64,000 nt of DNA from Moniliella sp. 'wahieum' (taxonomy: Eukaryota), in NCBI GenBank assembly GCA_003971905.1, contig RSEE01000044.1, positions 248,001 through 312,000 of the forward strand. Reading direction: 5' to 3'. The notes under the pieces were generated by a model that made no database searches, was not told the origin of the DNA, and saw only the letters and a list, made by a program, of their open reading frames with translations. Below are positions 52,039 to 64,000 of this stretch, one piece after another. The position numbers and the translations under genes are program-made. Numbering within the stretch: the first letter of the stretch is position 1; every line of letters begins with the position of its first letter.

Positions 52039-52378
52039 TTCCGGCCCCATCGAGCCCTGTCGAACATCGACGGTAGAAAAATCAGAAAGCAGGCAGTTGA
52101 TGGTGTGTATGCATTGCACATGAGCTACAGAGGTTACAGAATATTCATGTCATCCTGCGGAAGGAATATTGGAAGGATTGCACTGGAAAAGGATCCGACG
52201 GGCTTGGGCTACCAGCGCCACTACCCTAGTGTGGCCGGCGACATCGACCTTCGGCCATCGGCTATCAGTAAAATATACACATTTCGCCCACATATATATG
52301 GTGCATGGACCATCAACCATCGGCCATCGGCCATTAACGTAGTTCAACGTTCAACGTTCAACGTTTAACGTTCAACCG

Positions 52379-53898
52379 TCAAATATCTCGGCCATCTCGT
52401 AACAGGAGATGGAGATGGGGGGAAAAGATGAGGATCATATTCATCGAGTGGAAAGAGGACGAGGTATATATGCCTCGGAGCATTATAGGGATGAAACGTA
52501 CACTGGCCAAGGCGAATCGTGCAACATGGCGGGGCAACTCTTCCACGATGCGGCAATCCGATTCAGACTGAACACGTCCAGTTACAACCATTGGCTGATA
52601 GACATCCAGATCGAATCCAGGGTACCGTGCACCTTTTGTCAGTTGTAACGCCAATGGTTTGAACCTCGCCAATCGTAAACGTGCGTAAACGGAGCTTGGC
52701 TTCCGGATGGTCGCTCGGGAACCTTCCATACGAATGGTTACCCGGTGACCTTCACTTATCACTTCCCCGGTTTCGGCGACCACATTCTTGGCTAGGGTGA
52801 AACGGGGTAAGTGATGTGCAACCTTTGACTGCTCATGTACTGGGAATCGAGCCACCTGTTGATGGGTCAGGCGAGGGAGAAAGTGCCGATTCAAATGATG
52901 ATTTGGTTGATACATATGGCTTTGAAGGTAACATATCCTGGTGGGCGATGCATGCGCGGTTAGCTTCGAGCAACCATTGAATCGCCAAATGTTTTGCGGA
53001 GGGGGCGTACGGGCGTTCTTTTGGCCCTGATATCAGCCAAGCATCGAGATATCAGATTCGGCGCACCGGAGGGGCGAGGGAATTGCACCATCTTGTTTAC
53101 CTTGCCATTGAAGTAAGGCGAAACCAGGGGTCAAGCAGTGTCGGATCCCTTCTTTGCGCAAAAGGACGCGGATAATGTCGCGGCTGGTGGGGTTGTGTCC
53201 ATTTGCCCGTATTGCGACACGTGCAGGCCCTACTTTGAAAACGGGAGAATCTCTGCAAGACATCAATAGTGATGCCCTGGTATCAAGTGGTCCTTCATCT
53301 GTTGTGTCTTGGACCTTGCGTGCCCGGTGGATTCTTGACGTGCCTGTATATGGACCCCAAACGTAGCGGGGGGGTGGGGGGGATCTTTGGACAGCACACA
53401 TTGATAGAGTAGGGTGTCACTGTTGGTGACGGGGCACCAATGGTTTTCGTTTTCCGGAGCAAGTTCCGGGTTCTGGCGATTATACCGCATGCGGCTGGCA
53501 GATTTTGTTCCTTGGGGAGATGGTGATGGTGTCCCTGTAGGAGAGTTCTTCAGCTAGGTGAATGTTGAGCCAGGTGGCTCGTGCTTTGGCCAATGTCCCT
53601 TCAGTTCCTCCTCAGGCCTAGGAGTTCCGTTGTTTTCTCTCTCCTGTTTTACCTTGTTCCGCAGCTTAGCCCCTGGTGGCGACTCGCTGCTTGATGTTCC
53701 TCAGTAGGCGTTGCTGGTTGGCTTAGACCACACCACCACCACCACTACTAGTGCGATTGCATCACCCTCGAGGACCACCTGGACTCCAGGTCTCATCAGT
53801 GAACAGGTGTATATCTGTCCGGAGGTGGGCTTGAGCGCGTATTCAATTTGTTTTGTTCGAGAGAGGAGGCTGCGGCTATACAGAAGAAGAGTCTTCAT
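52379..53898 (-). other. orphan ORF fragments (hypothetical gene or decayed element)
   Basis: 178-aa ORF 52379-52915 plus upstream fragments on the same strand; no family recognised. Confidence 0.3.
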
Positions 53899-54147
53899 AG
53901 TATCAAATCGACGCAGGCTCGCGCGCTCACGCGCTCACGAGTGACCAGGCCCCTGGGGGCTGAGCCTCAGCGCCCAGCCTGAGCCCGAAGGCTGAGGTTA
54001 CCCATGTTACATCCCTAGAGCACGTCCATTTCAATATAGCGATCCCTAGAGAATATAGCGATGGGAAACGCCTGTGCACTTTTTGCATAAGCCTCACGTG
54101 AGGTCAGCCCCCGGGTGGCGCAGCCACCCGTCCCAGCCACCAGCAAC

Positions 54148-54690
54148 AATCGGTGATATTATTTCGTCTTTCCAGCGTGGAAGGGTTCCAGCGTGGAACG
54201 GTGGCCGGTGGAACGGTGGCTAAGGTGGCGATGGGGGGAACGGTGGCTACGGTGGCTAAGGTGGCGACGTGGAACGGTGACAAAGGTGGCGACGCAGCAC
54301 CAAGCTGGGGCGAAGCACCAGCCGACCGGGCCGTAGGCCGGTGGTCCTCCTCGTGTGTTACATCTCTATGTTGCATCCATATCATTGACAGAGCTTAAGG
54401 CTGGGACAGGGAAACGCTGCGTCTAAACCGAGCCGTTCATCTTGCGGGAAGAGTTACTTGATAGCGCCACCAATTATAAGATTGGAGGAATCGTCATGCA
54501 CTTTTACATCAGCTGACCGTGCCACGTTCCACGCCACCGCAGTCAGCGCGTCAGCACGAATCGGTGATGTTTTTTACGGTGGCGAAGGGGAACGGTGACT
54601 AAGGTGGCGAAGGGGGAACGGTGGCTAAGGTGGTGACGCAGCAGCTGACCGGGCCGTAGGCCCGGTGGTCTCCTCGTGTTACATGTTACA
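54148..54690. repeat. GGAACGGTGGCTAAGGTGGCGA-type minisatellite inside a local duplication
   Basis: Two related blocks (about 54148-54364 and 54559-54684), both starting AATCGGTGAT and ending GACCGGGCCGTAGGCC..GGTGGTC..TCCTCGTG..TTACAT; an inverted motif copy at about 54517-54534. Confidence 0.8.
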
Positions 54691-55095
54691 GCTTATCGAT
54701 CTTATCGACAAGCGGGACGAGCGACGAGCAACGAGAGGGAGATGAACGGTCACTAGCACTAGGTCACTTACATGTTGCATAGTTCTTGCATGACAATATT
54801 TTCTTCGCGCGAGCGACCCTGCCCTCAGGGACTACAGCGGCCTCACGTCGCAGGGCAGCACAAGCATGCTCTCCAACACCATGCTTCTGATTTTGGGGTG
54901 ATGATCGATGAAACAGTGGCCCCAAGCCTCAATTTGAGGTGGTACAGTCACTTCTCGCTCCGCAAGTCTCAGCTCGATCCCTGTATGACCCCTGGTGAAG
55001 CGACCACACAGCTGCATCCCTTTTACGCGAACTGCATACCCCCGCCCACCACCTTTCCCCCACATCTTCTGTTGAGCCAGTACTGCCACTCCGGA

Positions 55096-56671
55096 ATGCC
55101 TCCCTCCCGCACCAGAAGGATGTCCCTAACATCTTGGACCAGGAACGTCGGTCTCCGCCCGAGGGACACAGGACGTATCAAGCCTAAGCCGGAGCCCGGT
55201 GGAGACTGCTGTCAAAGTTGAAGAGTCGACCCCTGAAGAACCACTTGGGCACCAGTGGGGCCCACAGCGGCTCCGAAGGGCGGGGGAGAGGGACGAGAGG
55301 AGAAGAAACCGAATGTTGTAGGCCCTCCTTCCTCTTCCCGGGCTCCCGTACCGATTCATTTAAGGCTTTTGGATCGACTGAACCTGCCGCTGCAGAAACG
55401 TGACGGCGATGGACAACGATGAAGATGCGCTGGATGTTACCGTTGACACCGTCGTCCCCCGCACTACAGATGCCGATGAGAGTCTCGTTAATCAGGAGGA
55501 ATTTCCTTGTATTCCCCCTGATCTGTCCCTTTCGCCCGCGGAGGGTCTTATTTCATGTTACCGCTCGTTACACGGCAACTTGTATCTCTCCAAGGGCAGT
55601 GACATCACTCCATGAGGACAACAAGAAACTTCGGGAGCTCTTTGTGTCAAACAGTGCGAAGCAAGAATCATTCGCCAGGGGCTTTACCATGGCCAACCCA
55701 CGCCAGTATTTCGAACGCTTGCTGGAGCACAACAAGGTCAGGACCATCACCTCTCCCAGCATACCCCACAGGATTAATACTTTAAAAGTACTGACATTTT
55801 CTCTCTCTTTACATGAACGGATCGCTACTAGCAGAAATGGTGCAAAGAGCTCGCGTATGGGTTTTTTGCATCCTGAGAGCAGGGCCTTCAACAACAAAGA
55901 TTTAGGCTGTTCTTCCGTCGGCAACTGGCTTGTTCTCCTCGAGGTCTTGAGGAGTTCAACTTTGACGCGGGACAACTCCTGGCTCACATCGGTCGAGAAA
56001 AACAGTTTATCCAAGTCCTGTTGACGGTGTTCCGAACCCGATCTGGTCCACCATGCGTCGTCGCATTTTCGATTTGGCGGTACGTTGTGCAATATCGGAT
56101 ATGACCTTGACGTTGTTGCTTGCAGTCAGAGATATTGACTTCGGATCATTTCAGCCCATGACTTTGGATGCATCGAACCAGGAGGACTGGATGCGCCAAG
56201 CTTCGTCATGGATAGGAAAGATTTGGGGGGTATAGGGATTAACACCCCAAACTGGGCGTACCATGGTGTCTCGTCGGAAAGCTGTGAACCTCCTTCTGGC
56301 TGCAGCGATTTATAAGGAAATGTCGGGGCGTGCAGCCAGACTCAACCCCCACCAGGGGCAGGGATCCAGGATCTCGGGACAACCAGGTCGAAATCGGCGA
56401 GGAGTTTGATGAGCTGCCAGAGGAAGACCCACTGCACAACGAGCCACGCATCCGGAAAGGGCATCAGAGGACGAAAACAATGGACGCGTGGGCGGAGATC
56501 CAAACATTGATTGACAATGAACCCCGTATCATGGAGAAGTGCCGTGCAAACAGTGGTATTACCAAGACGGTGGAATGGGTCGAAGGCATTTCTCCTCTCC
56601 TTCGCTTTCCTCCTTCAGCAGCTATTTCAAGGGCTCACCAACCTCCTCTCCCCTACGAAAGCTCACTGTAA
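55096..56671 (+). CDS. hypothetical protein (fragmented, probably spliced)
   Basis: Series of protein-like fragments (MDNDEDALDVTVD.., HEDNKKLRELFVSN.., EIGEEFDELPEEDP..) on one strand; intron-like segment after 55737. Confidence 0.35.
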
Positions 56672-58622
56672 GTTGATTGCGAAGCCCCATTGGTTTGGAG
56701 GAGAAGATGGCCATACGAAACATGGTGGGTGTGAGGGCCTGGCTGCTGAAGGGGCATTGATTTTCAAGCGCAACGTGTTCGGCCGCGATGGCGAAAGTTG
56801 ATGTGGCCGCAGGCCAGAATGGACACCCTTTCGCTACCCATAATATAGCTAAAGAGAAGATGCATTTAATCGAATAGGGAAAACATCCCACTTCTCGAAA
56901 GATGCGCCTATACACTTGGAATACAGTGCTAACCGTCCCCGCCCCTACACATTATGGAAATAACGCATGCTTTTTGTCGAAGCCTCTGGCGTGGCTTTTT
57001 CCCACGTAATGCGAGGATGTCAACTTGGGATTAAACAGAGGAAATCGGCGACGAACGCATGGGATTTTCCTGCTATATGACCCTGGCGCAACACGAGGCC
57101 CACCGAGGTTAAGCTAATACTTCTGTGACAGCGAGTTTGAGATAAAAATGGCAGTTTGGATGCAGTTGGGCAGCATCCGACATGATATTTTAAACCAGCA
57201 AGTTGTGCCGGGAACTTGTCCCAACAGATAAACGTTAAACCCTGCAGCCGTGGTCTGACAATCGAGACAATCATTAGTCATGCTAGTCATGGCAGTTCGT
57301 CGTCACGCCTCATTCTTATGTATATAGCCTCTGTGGCAGTTAGTATGTGTCAATGCCCAATAGTTCGGAACTCCAAACGAAGCATAGCGGGAAGTCTCTG
57401 GGTGCTAGCGAAGGCTACTGACCCCCAGTCTCTCCAAAAAAAGGGCCTCATTCCGGTGCCTTCGATGACGAATCTCTCGATCATCGATCATCGATCATCG
57501 ATCACAAGGTCGAAAGCTTCACTTGTTGAGCTTAATTCATCGATCATCGACGTGCCAAGCCAAGTGTCTGTGGCTTCCATCCGAACGTTTCGCGGTGCAG
57601 TGTATGTAAGTACTATATAAGTAAAGCTCTTGCGGACGTTACGCGCGTTAATACGCGTTACGCGCGTTTTACGGTTGAGTACGTTGAGGAAATGAAGATC
57701 AAATCTTCTTGCGCCTGTGCCATCAAGGCAACTAAGCTAGAGGGGAGCGGAGCACTGACACTTGGAGCCGCTGAGAGAAGGCCGAGAGGCTTAAAGCTTA
57801 AAGCTTAAAAGTGGAAGTGTTGTTCTTCACGCCCCACGGAAGAGAAGTAACTACGTGTTATAATTAGGCCCAGGAGAAAATCGACGATCGGGTCTTGAAG
57901 CTTTTGAAGGTTGAATTCAGGTGGAACACGTTGAACGTTGATTACGTGGATTAATGAGATTGACTCGAAGCTGGTTTATCAGTTCGATCATTCCTGAGGC
58001 CTGATCGTCGCGCAGGATATAACGAAGAGGTGAGGCGGTGAGGAGGCCATGGATTCCACCAAACTGAGCTTTTGGGGTGCATCCGGCCCAGAGACAAGCC
58101 TGGGTGCCCGTACTTATCCAATTCTTTCTCCCACCATTAACATCACATTTGCGTTCGGTCATCTTTCACTGAAACGCCGCTTGCAGGACCTCTCTATACG
58201 CGATGTCTATATAAGCATGACCACAGGATCATTTGAAGTAAATGCGTTCTTATTCTTGAAAAAATGGATGGGTGTGCGCCCGAATCATGTTGCACAAGAA
58301 GGGTTATGGCTGGTGGAGTACTCCCCAGGCATTCCTATTCACGATGGGACAGAGAAGCCGGAAGCGTAGATGCCGTGGCCTCTCAGCGATAGAGGGGCCG
58401 GAGGTGATAGAAACATCCGAGTGGGTGCAAAGATTGAACAAAAAAAGCTAGGTCCGTGCATAAAAGATGAAGCACAGTCGAAGGAAAAACAGTGTGAGAT
58501 CCTAAGTTGTTGGCGGTCCAGATGCCACAGTGCCATGAAGAGGGCCAATAAGATAGGTAATGCCGTTTCCGGGTCAACGTTACAACGCCCTGCACCGCCG
58601 AATAAGCTGTGGTACCGGAACC

Positions 58623-60240
58623 TCATCGAGATGAACTACCACCACATCTCAGGTGTGGTATGAACCCTGTGATGAGAGTGGCGCCCCCCTCGGGACGCCC
58701 ACTGCGGATACCCCCTCCCAGCGACGAACCGGCTGATTCAAACTCTGTGCGTGTCACAGAAGGCCCGTCTTCCGCGACCAGCGTCAACAGTTCCTCGTAC
58801 GTCATCCCATCACAGGGATGGTCATTATTCCTCTTTTCTCCACCGCATTGATCACCGCCAGACGGAGAAGCTCAGTATCCATCCATAGGGCGATTCAACA
58901 ACAACTGGACCCGGCGCGCCAATTGTCGATGCTTCTCGACAAACTGAACTCCAGTATGCGACCCAATAGTCAGGCGAAGCAGCGCCGAAACCGTGGAAAG
59001 TTTCTCCTGGGCTGTGGTGTGACCGTATTTTTGGCGGAGAATGGCGAAGAGAGGATGCAAGAGCCGGCATGGGAGCACCAAGCGATTCATGTACAGAACG
59101 GTGCAAGTGAACATAAAGGGGGTAGAACAGTTTGTGGTCTAGACCAGATTTGTAGTGTGCGTCGGCAGGTCCCAATTCAACGATCGCCCGAGACCCCCTG
59201 ACCGTCAGTTCCAGGGCGGCTAAGGTACTGTTAACCCACGGCCAAAAAGGCTGCCCTGGTTTAAACTTGTCCACTTCCTGAACCCGGTCGGTAAGATTTG
59301 ACAAATCGGCCAAAGTGTTTGGATCCGTGCCGTCGTTATGGTTGCGCTGATACAATGCCGTGCATGCCTGGACGCCAAGGTCGGCACCATACGCACGGAC
59401 GGCGTGATCATTGACCTGGCTCCAACGAAGTCCGCCGTCAATCAAACGTTGGAGGGCATCGACTGCGTTTTGCACATCTGGCCGTGGGTGTGTGAGTCGT
59501 GGCCCCATATGGGGGTTTTCGGCCAATTTCTTTTCTGAAATGACCTTTTCTAGGACCGTCATGGCAGCGGGTATGCCCACTTCAGTACCCCACCGTTTCT
59601 CTGCCACGTCCAGGAGACGTTCCGCAGACAGAACAGAACTGAGCCTATTCAACGTGGACATGATCGCATCAGCATCGAGTGGAGGAGAAGAAGATGACGC
59701 CGTGTGCGGCGCAGTGGCATCAGGAGTTTGTTCGACGGTGGGGAGAGGTGATACCGGTCGTGGGGTCAGGACAGGCCAAAGGTTCAACAGGGATGCCAGC
59801 AGATGTGCCGGAAGGCTGTTCTTCGGTAGAAGTGGAGGGCGAAGATCAATTCCAACATCTGGACAAGAATTGGTAGAACATGTCACGCAATTCGTTGAAC
59901 TGAAGCGCAACAGAAGCTTGGGCAGACGGGTCGCGCTTGCTACCTGATTCACGGGATCCCCGACCATTTTCTTGACCGTCTCCTTGAGTGATTCAAGCCG
60001 GCCCCAGATAGTGTATAGACGAATGTCGAGATCAGCAGAGAACCGTCGCCTTGGGTGGTCACCCAAGACGACTGCGTCTCAAGAACAAGTACAAGGGCTC
60101 ATATTTGCTGAGCATGCCCTTGGCCAGCTGAGAAGCACGTTCAAAGGAGATTCCCGATGAAGGAAAAGGAGGGGGAGAATGCCTTCGGCCCAGGATGGGT
60201 TCGAAGGACCAGAGATAAGGGGTGGAGTGATGGTGCTCAT
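58623..60240 (-). CDS. hypothetical protein, no recognised domain
   Basis: 404-codon ORF 58852-60066 with globular-looking composition; candidate ATG 60240 with TATATATA at about 60449 upstream; extends via frameshifts. Confidence 0.55.
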
Positions 60241-60390
60241 TGTTGACGAAATACACCGAAGGAATAAGAGGGAAATGGGGAGTGGGATGTTGACCGTCGC
60301 TCACTGGATGTGCGAAAAGAAGGAGTTGTAACTCTGACGAGACTTGGAGTCCAGATGGTCCTCGAGAGGGTGATGTAACCGCACTAAGCA

Positions 60391-60428
60391 GTGGTGGTGG
60401 TGGTGGTGGTGGTGGTGGCGGCGGCGGT
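60391..60428. repeat. (GGT)n/(GGC)n microsatellite
   Basis: Direct reading. Confidence 0.85.
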
Positions 60429-61402
60429 CTAAGTAACCAACAACGCCTATATATAGGGCATCCAGCGGCCACTCTCTACCAGGGGCTATCTGAGGCTGCG
60501 TAAAACAAGCAAAACAGAAGCCAGAGAAATCAATGGAACTCCTATAGTGCATGAGGTGCATGAGGGTTCTGTGACGAGGGACTGAAAGGAGCTTGATCAA
60601 ACACACGAGCCACCTGTGGCGGCTAAATGTGGCTTTGGGTTTGTCAATGTTTATATATACCCTGGCGGATGGTTTACTCCCATACTCGAGTTTTTGTGCC
60701 AACTGAAGGCGCACTCGTCCCACCCCAAGCTGCTAGAGTGGGACTGGGAGCACTCGGCGATCCTATGATCAGCTACAAAGCAGCTTCAGACAATGCGTGA
60801 AGGCAAAGTGGTGATCCACAAGCTTCAGAAGCAACGTCTGAAGGGAGAGAGAGGAGAGGAGAAGGAGGGAGATGGAGCGAGCAGGGCGTGCGCGGCCTGC
60901 GAGCGGAACTCTTCCGCTCGGCTAGGCGAGCTTCACCGATCCATTGAGGGCCGTGCAGGAGAAGCCTAGCACTACCCTCTAACACAAGCTAGTGGGACGC
61001 ACACGCGAGAATTGGTCGAACCCACAAAGAGTAGGGAGATAGAGCTGAGGGCAGAACTCCTCTACGCATCGTCGGTCTGACTCACGATAGGGAATGACAC
61101 TGTCCGCGTATTAGACAGTGGGGCCATGGAGAGTAGACGTGCCACTGGTGATGCTGGGGTCAGCCACGGTGGCGTTTTGGTGGTGGAAGGGGGTGGGGTG
61201 GTGTGCCTAGTATCGGGTGCGAGGGCGCACCCTGAGCCTGAAGTAACTAGTATACTATACTAACTCTACTGGCTAACTAGTAGGAATTCGGCACAGGGAG
61301 GGAGGTGCAGGCAGGCAGGGCTAACGGGGCGTTCATATAGTGTGTGTTTTCCTCCCTTTCTCTTCTCTTCGTAACTCGTACTCGATTGGTATCTCAAGCA
61401 CG

Positions 61403-63611
61403 CTATGCTTGCACCTGCCGCTTCGCCTCGACCTTCCGAGCGCGTCGCTCCATCTTCCACGCCTTTTCCGTGCGGAAGCGCTCGTTTCGCACTTCCGGCG
61501 GATCATCCCGCTTTAATTGGGCCATTGGTGTCCACCCTGGCTGGCCCGAGCGCGAGGTAGCATGCCCCATAGGAAGGAGGATGCGCTGGCCTCCACCCTC
61601 ACCCTCTTCCGCGGGGGGAGGGATGAGGGTCGGTCGTCGTGCATGATGGTACAGGGTAGACGCTGGCACCCATCCCCCCGAAGAGGCAGTCGGGGCTGAA
61701 AAGACAAAGTGGCGATACAGTTGGGCCTTGATCGCGCTTCGTACCCAGGACGCGTGCAAACCCAAAGAGAGACTGCTGACGGCCATGTCACCATGTTCTT
61801 CTGCTTGTTGGTGCGCCCGCGCCGAGGCTACCACCGCAGGCCAATCTGCTTCAGGGCCTACCTCGTCAGTTACCGCTTCCCCAGGGGGAAGCAGTGGGCC
61901 ATCGTATGCCCCAGCACGCCATTGTACATCCGTCGCTTTGAACCCGCAATCCCACAGCATCAACGGCGCATCCGATGCCATCTCGTACGTCGGACGTCCC
62001 TCAATCACCGTCAGGGAGTGGTAGAGCTGTTCCAAGGCAGATTCGTGCGCCATCTCGGTCTGGGCCTGGGCCCGGGCCTCGGTTCCTACTTCCTGGCTAT
62101 CAGCCCATGCGAGGTTCGGCTGTGTAGCAGGGTGAGCAGCTGCCATGGCCGTTTCGGCAGCTTGCCGCATCTGTGCTGCGCGCGCACGGTCCTCGTCCGC
62201 TGCTGTGAAGCCTGCCATGGAAGTGGCAGTGGAACCAGGGAGGACGACCATGTGCTGATCGTTTGCTTCTGCATCCGGCCCTGTTCGCAAGCCAGCCAGG
62301 CGCAACGCCAATCGATCCGCCGCCACCGCACCAGTCTTGACATTCAACAATTCATCCACCACGCTCGGTTCCTCCAACCCGGCACCAACCATGAAGAGAA
62401 CAGCGACCATGTGGCGGACTTGGTGGTAGAGGAACGCAGTGCCGCGTAGGTTGAGTACAAACATTTCTTCCCACTTCCCTTCCTCCCTCCGCTGGAGGAG
62501 AAGCGCGGTTGTCGTCCGTGTATGCTTGAACCGTAGAACTCAGCGCTGGGTCGTCCCCCGGTACGCGACGGAGCGGCCAGCCAGGATCGACAAGGTCAAT
62601 GCTCACCCCATCGATGCGACGACGAAAGTTGGTAATTTGTTTTTCCGGTACCATCTTGCACAAGTTGCGGAAATCGTGTTCGCCCAAGAAACGAGCGGCG
62701 GCCTGGCGCATCGCACCAATGTTCAACTCACTCCCGGCATTGTGGATCCCAGGTACAGCCGTCGCGCTCAGACTCCGGAGCGCCGGGGGAGCGCCCGAAG
62801 TGAAGAAGTACTTGTAGTGCCGGTAGCGACAGTCAAAGCGCGAGCTAAAGTCGGCCCGGACGGGAGACCAACCCGTAATCTGGATCGTGGAGGGAAGAAT
62901 GCGGTTGAGCGTATGCACATATGGCAGTTCCTCGGTTGCTGGAACAAATGGGATTGGTCTCCCTTCCTTGTCCAGCAGCGGGGTGCGAAGTAATATTTCG
63001 TCCCTTTCCTCGGACCGCTTCATACCGCGCAACCATTCTCTCCGCTCTACCTTGCGCGCTTCCCACTCGTCCACACGCTTGCTTCGTAGCCACAAACTGA
63101 CCACTTGCCCAGCCGCTGATACACCGCGGTCCGTGCGCCCGCACCGGGAAAAGCCAGCTCCTTCCATCCCCTGTTCAGGGTCCACCAAACGCGCCTGCAC
63201 CAACGCGGTCCACAACACAGCTTCCACCGAGTTGGTCCCCGGACCTACTTGATCCGCTTTCCCCACCTCCCCAGGCACCAGCGGCAGCAACGTATCAATC
63301 CCATTCTGCGCCGCCAAGCCCAGGTACGGTTCCCCGTCGTAGCTGAACCGAAGCGCCACTTTGCGGCATGGGTGACTGAGCACTTTGAATGGCCGCGTAG
63401 GTTTCTTAGGCACCTTGGGTTCTCCCTTGAGTGCAGCAGCCCTTTTGGCCCGGAGCGAGGGGGCGGGCTGGAGCGGGGGTTGAGGCTCCTCCTCCGGGTT
63501 TCGTGGGGGGAAGGAAGGGGTGCGTGCCTCAGCTGCGAGCAGACGCTCAACCAGTTCCTCGTGGGAGAGCTTGGCGTACTCGGCCCGCTTGCTGGCCAGG
63601 TCGGAGGGCAT
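61403..63611 (-). CDS. DEG1: tRNA pseudouridine 38/39 synthase (TruA family)
   Basis: KVALRFSYDG, SRCGRTDRGVSAAGQV (catalytic D), LNRILP, FSSRFDCRYRHYKYFF, HDFRNLCK, GTAFLYHQVR, RPTYEMASDAPLMLWDC; one frameshift near 62465. Confidence 0.95.
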
Positions 63612-64000
63612 GGATGGTTGGGGGCAGGAGAGGGAGCGGAGGCTGCCAGCGTCGGGCGAGCAAGCGTCAGGATTCAGAGAGCCAGCACCGTAGGGCCGGC
63701 CGAGTGCTCTGCTCTGTACACACCTGAAAAAGAACAAAAATACTGCTGCAAGTGAAATGTTCACACGCCGAGGCTTGGCTGGTGCCCAGCGGACGAACGA
63801 CGGGGCCGCATCATCGACGTCGGCGGCTTAGGCTGCCCCGACCCCTAACGGCCATCCAGCCTTCACGCTCCACGCTACACTGCCCACTCCGACGGGGCCA
63901 GCCTACAACAGCAGCAACGGATGCACACCTCGGCCCACTCGTGATGCTCGCCGGGCTGATTCTGTGTCTAGTAGTACAATTTGATTGAGCACGAAAGAAA

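Overview
GC-rich fungal genomic DNA, most likely a basidiomycete of the smut-fungus lineage (inferred from compact genes, few short GT..CTRAC..YAG introns and the protein sequences). Nearly every conserved gene is broken by single-base deletions, which points to an unpolished long-read consensus, so gene boundaries were rebuilt by hand across frameshifts. Recognisable genes, left to right: an Asn-rich SYG-repeat protein, a bacterial-type old yellow enzyme, a PHD-finger protein, a G-protein beta subunit, a Zn2Cys6 transcription factor, SF3B5, an acidic disordered protein, GND1, RPT2, NTM1/TAE1, KAP123 (with an snR71-like box C/D snoRNA in one intron), BUD20, an amidase, a very young full-length Ty1/copia element (TSD TTCCG), an island of orphan ORFs and DEG1/PUS3. 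The most striking unexplained signal is in intergenic DNA: many arrays of T-N-A triplets at exact 7-bp spacing, separated by 4-bp palindromes whose identity varies, sometimes within one array. Also notable: a copia primer-binding site shaped like a half-tRNA primer that is not tRNAi-Met, and a probable horizontally acquired OYE.
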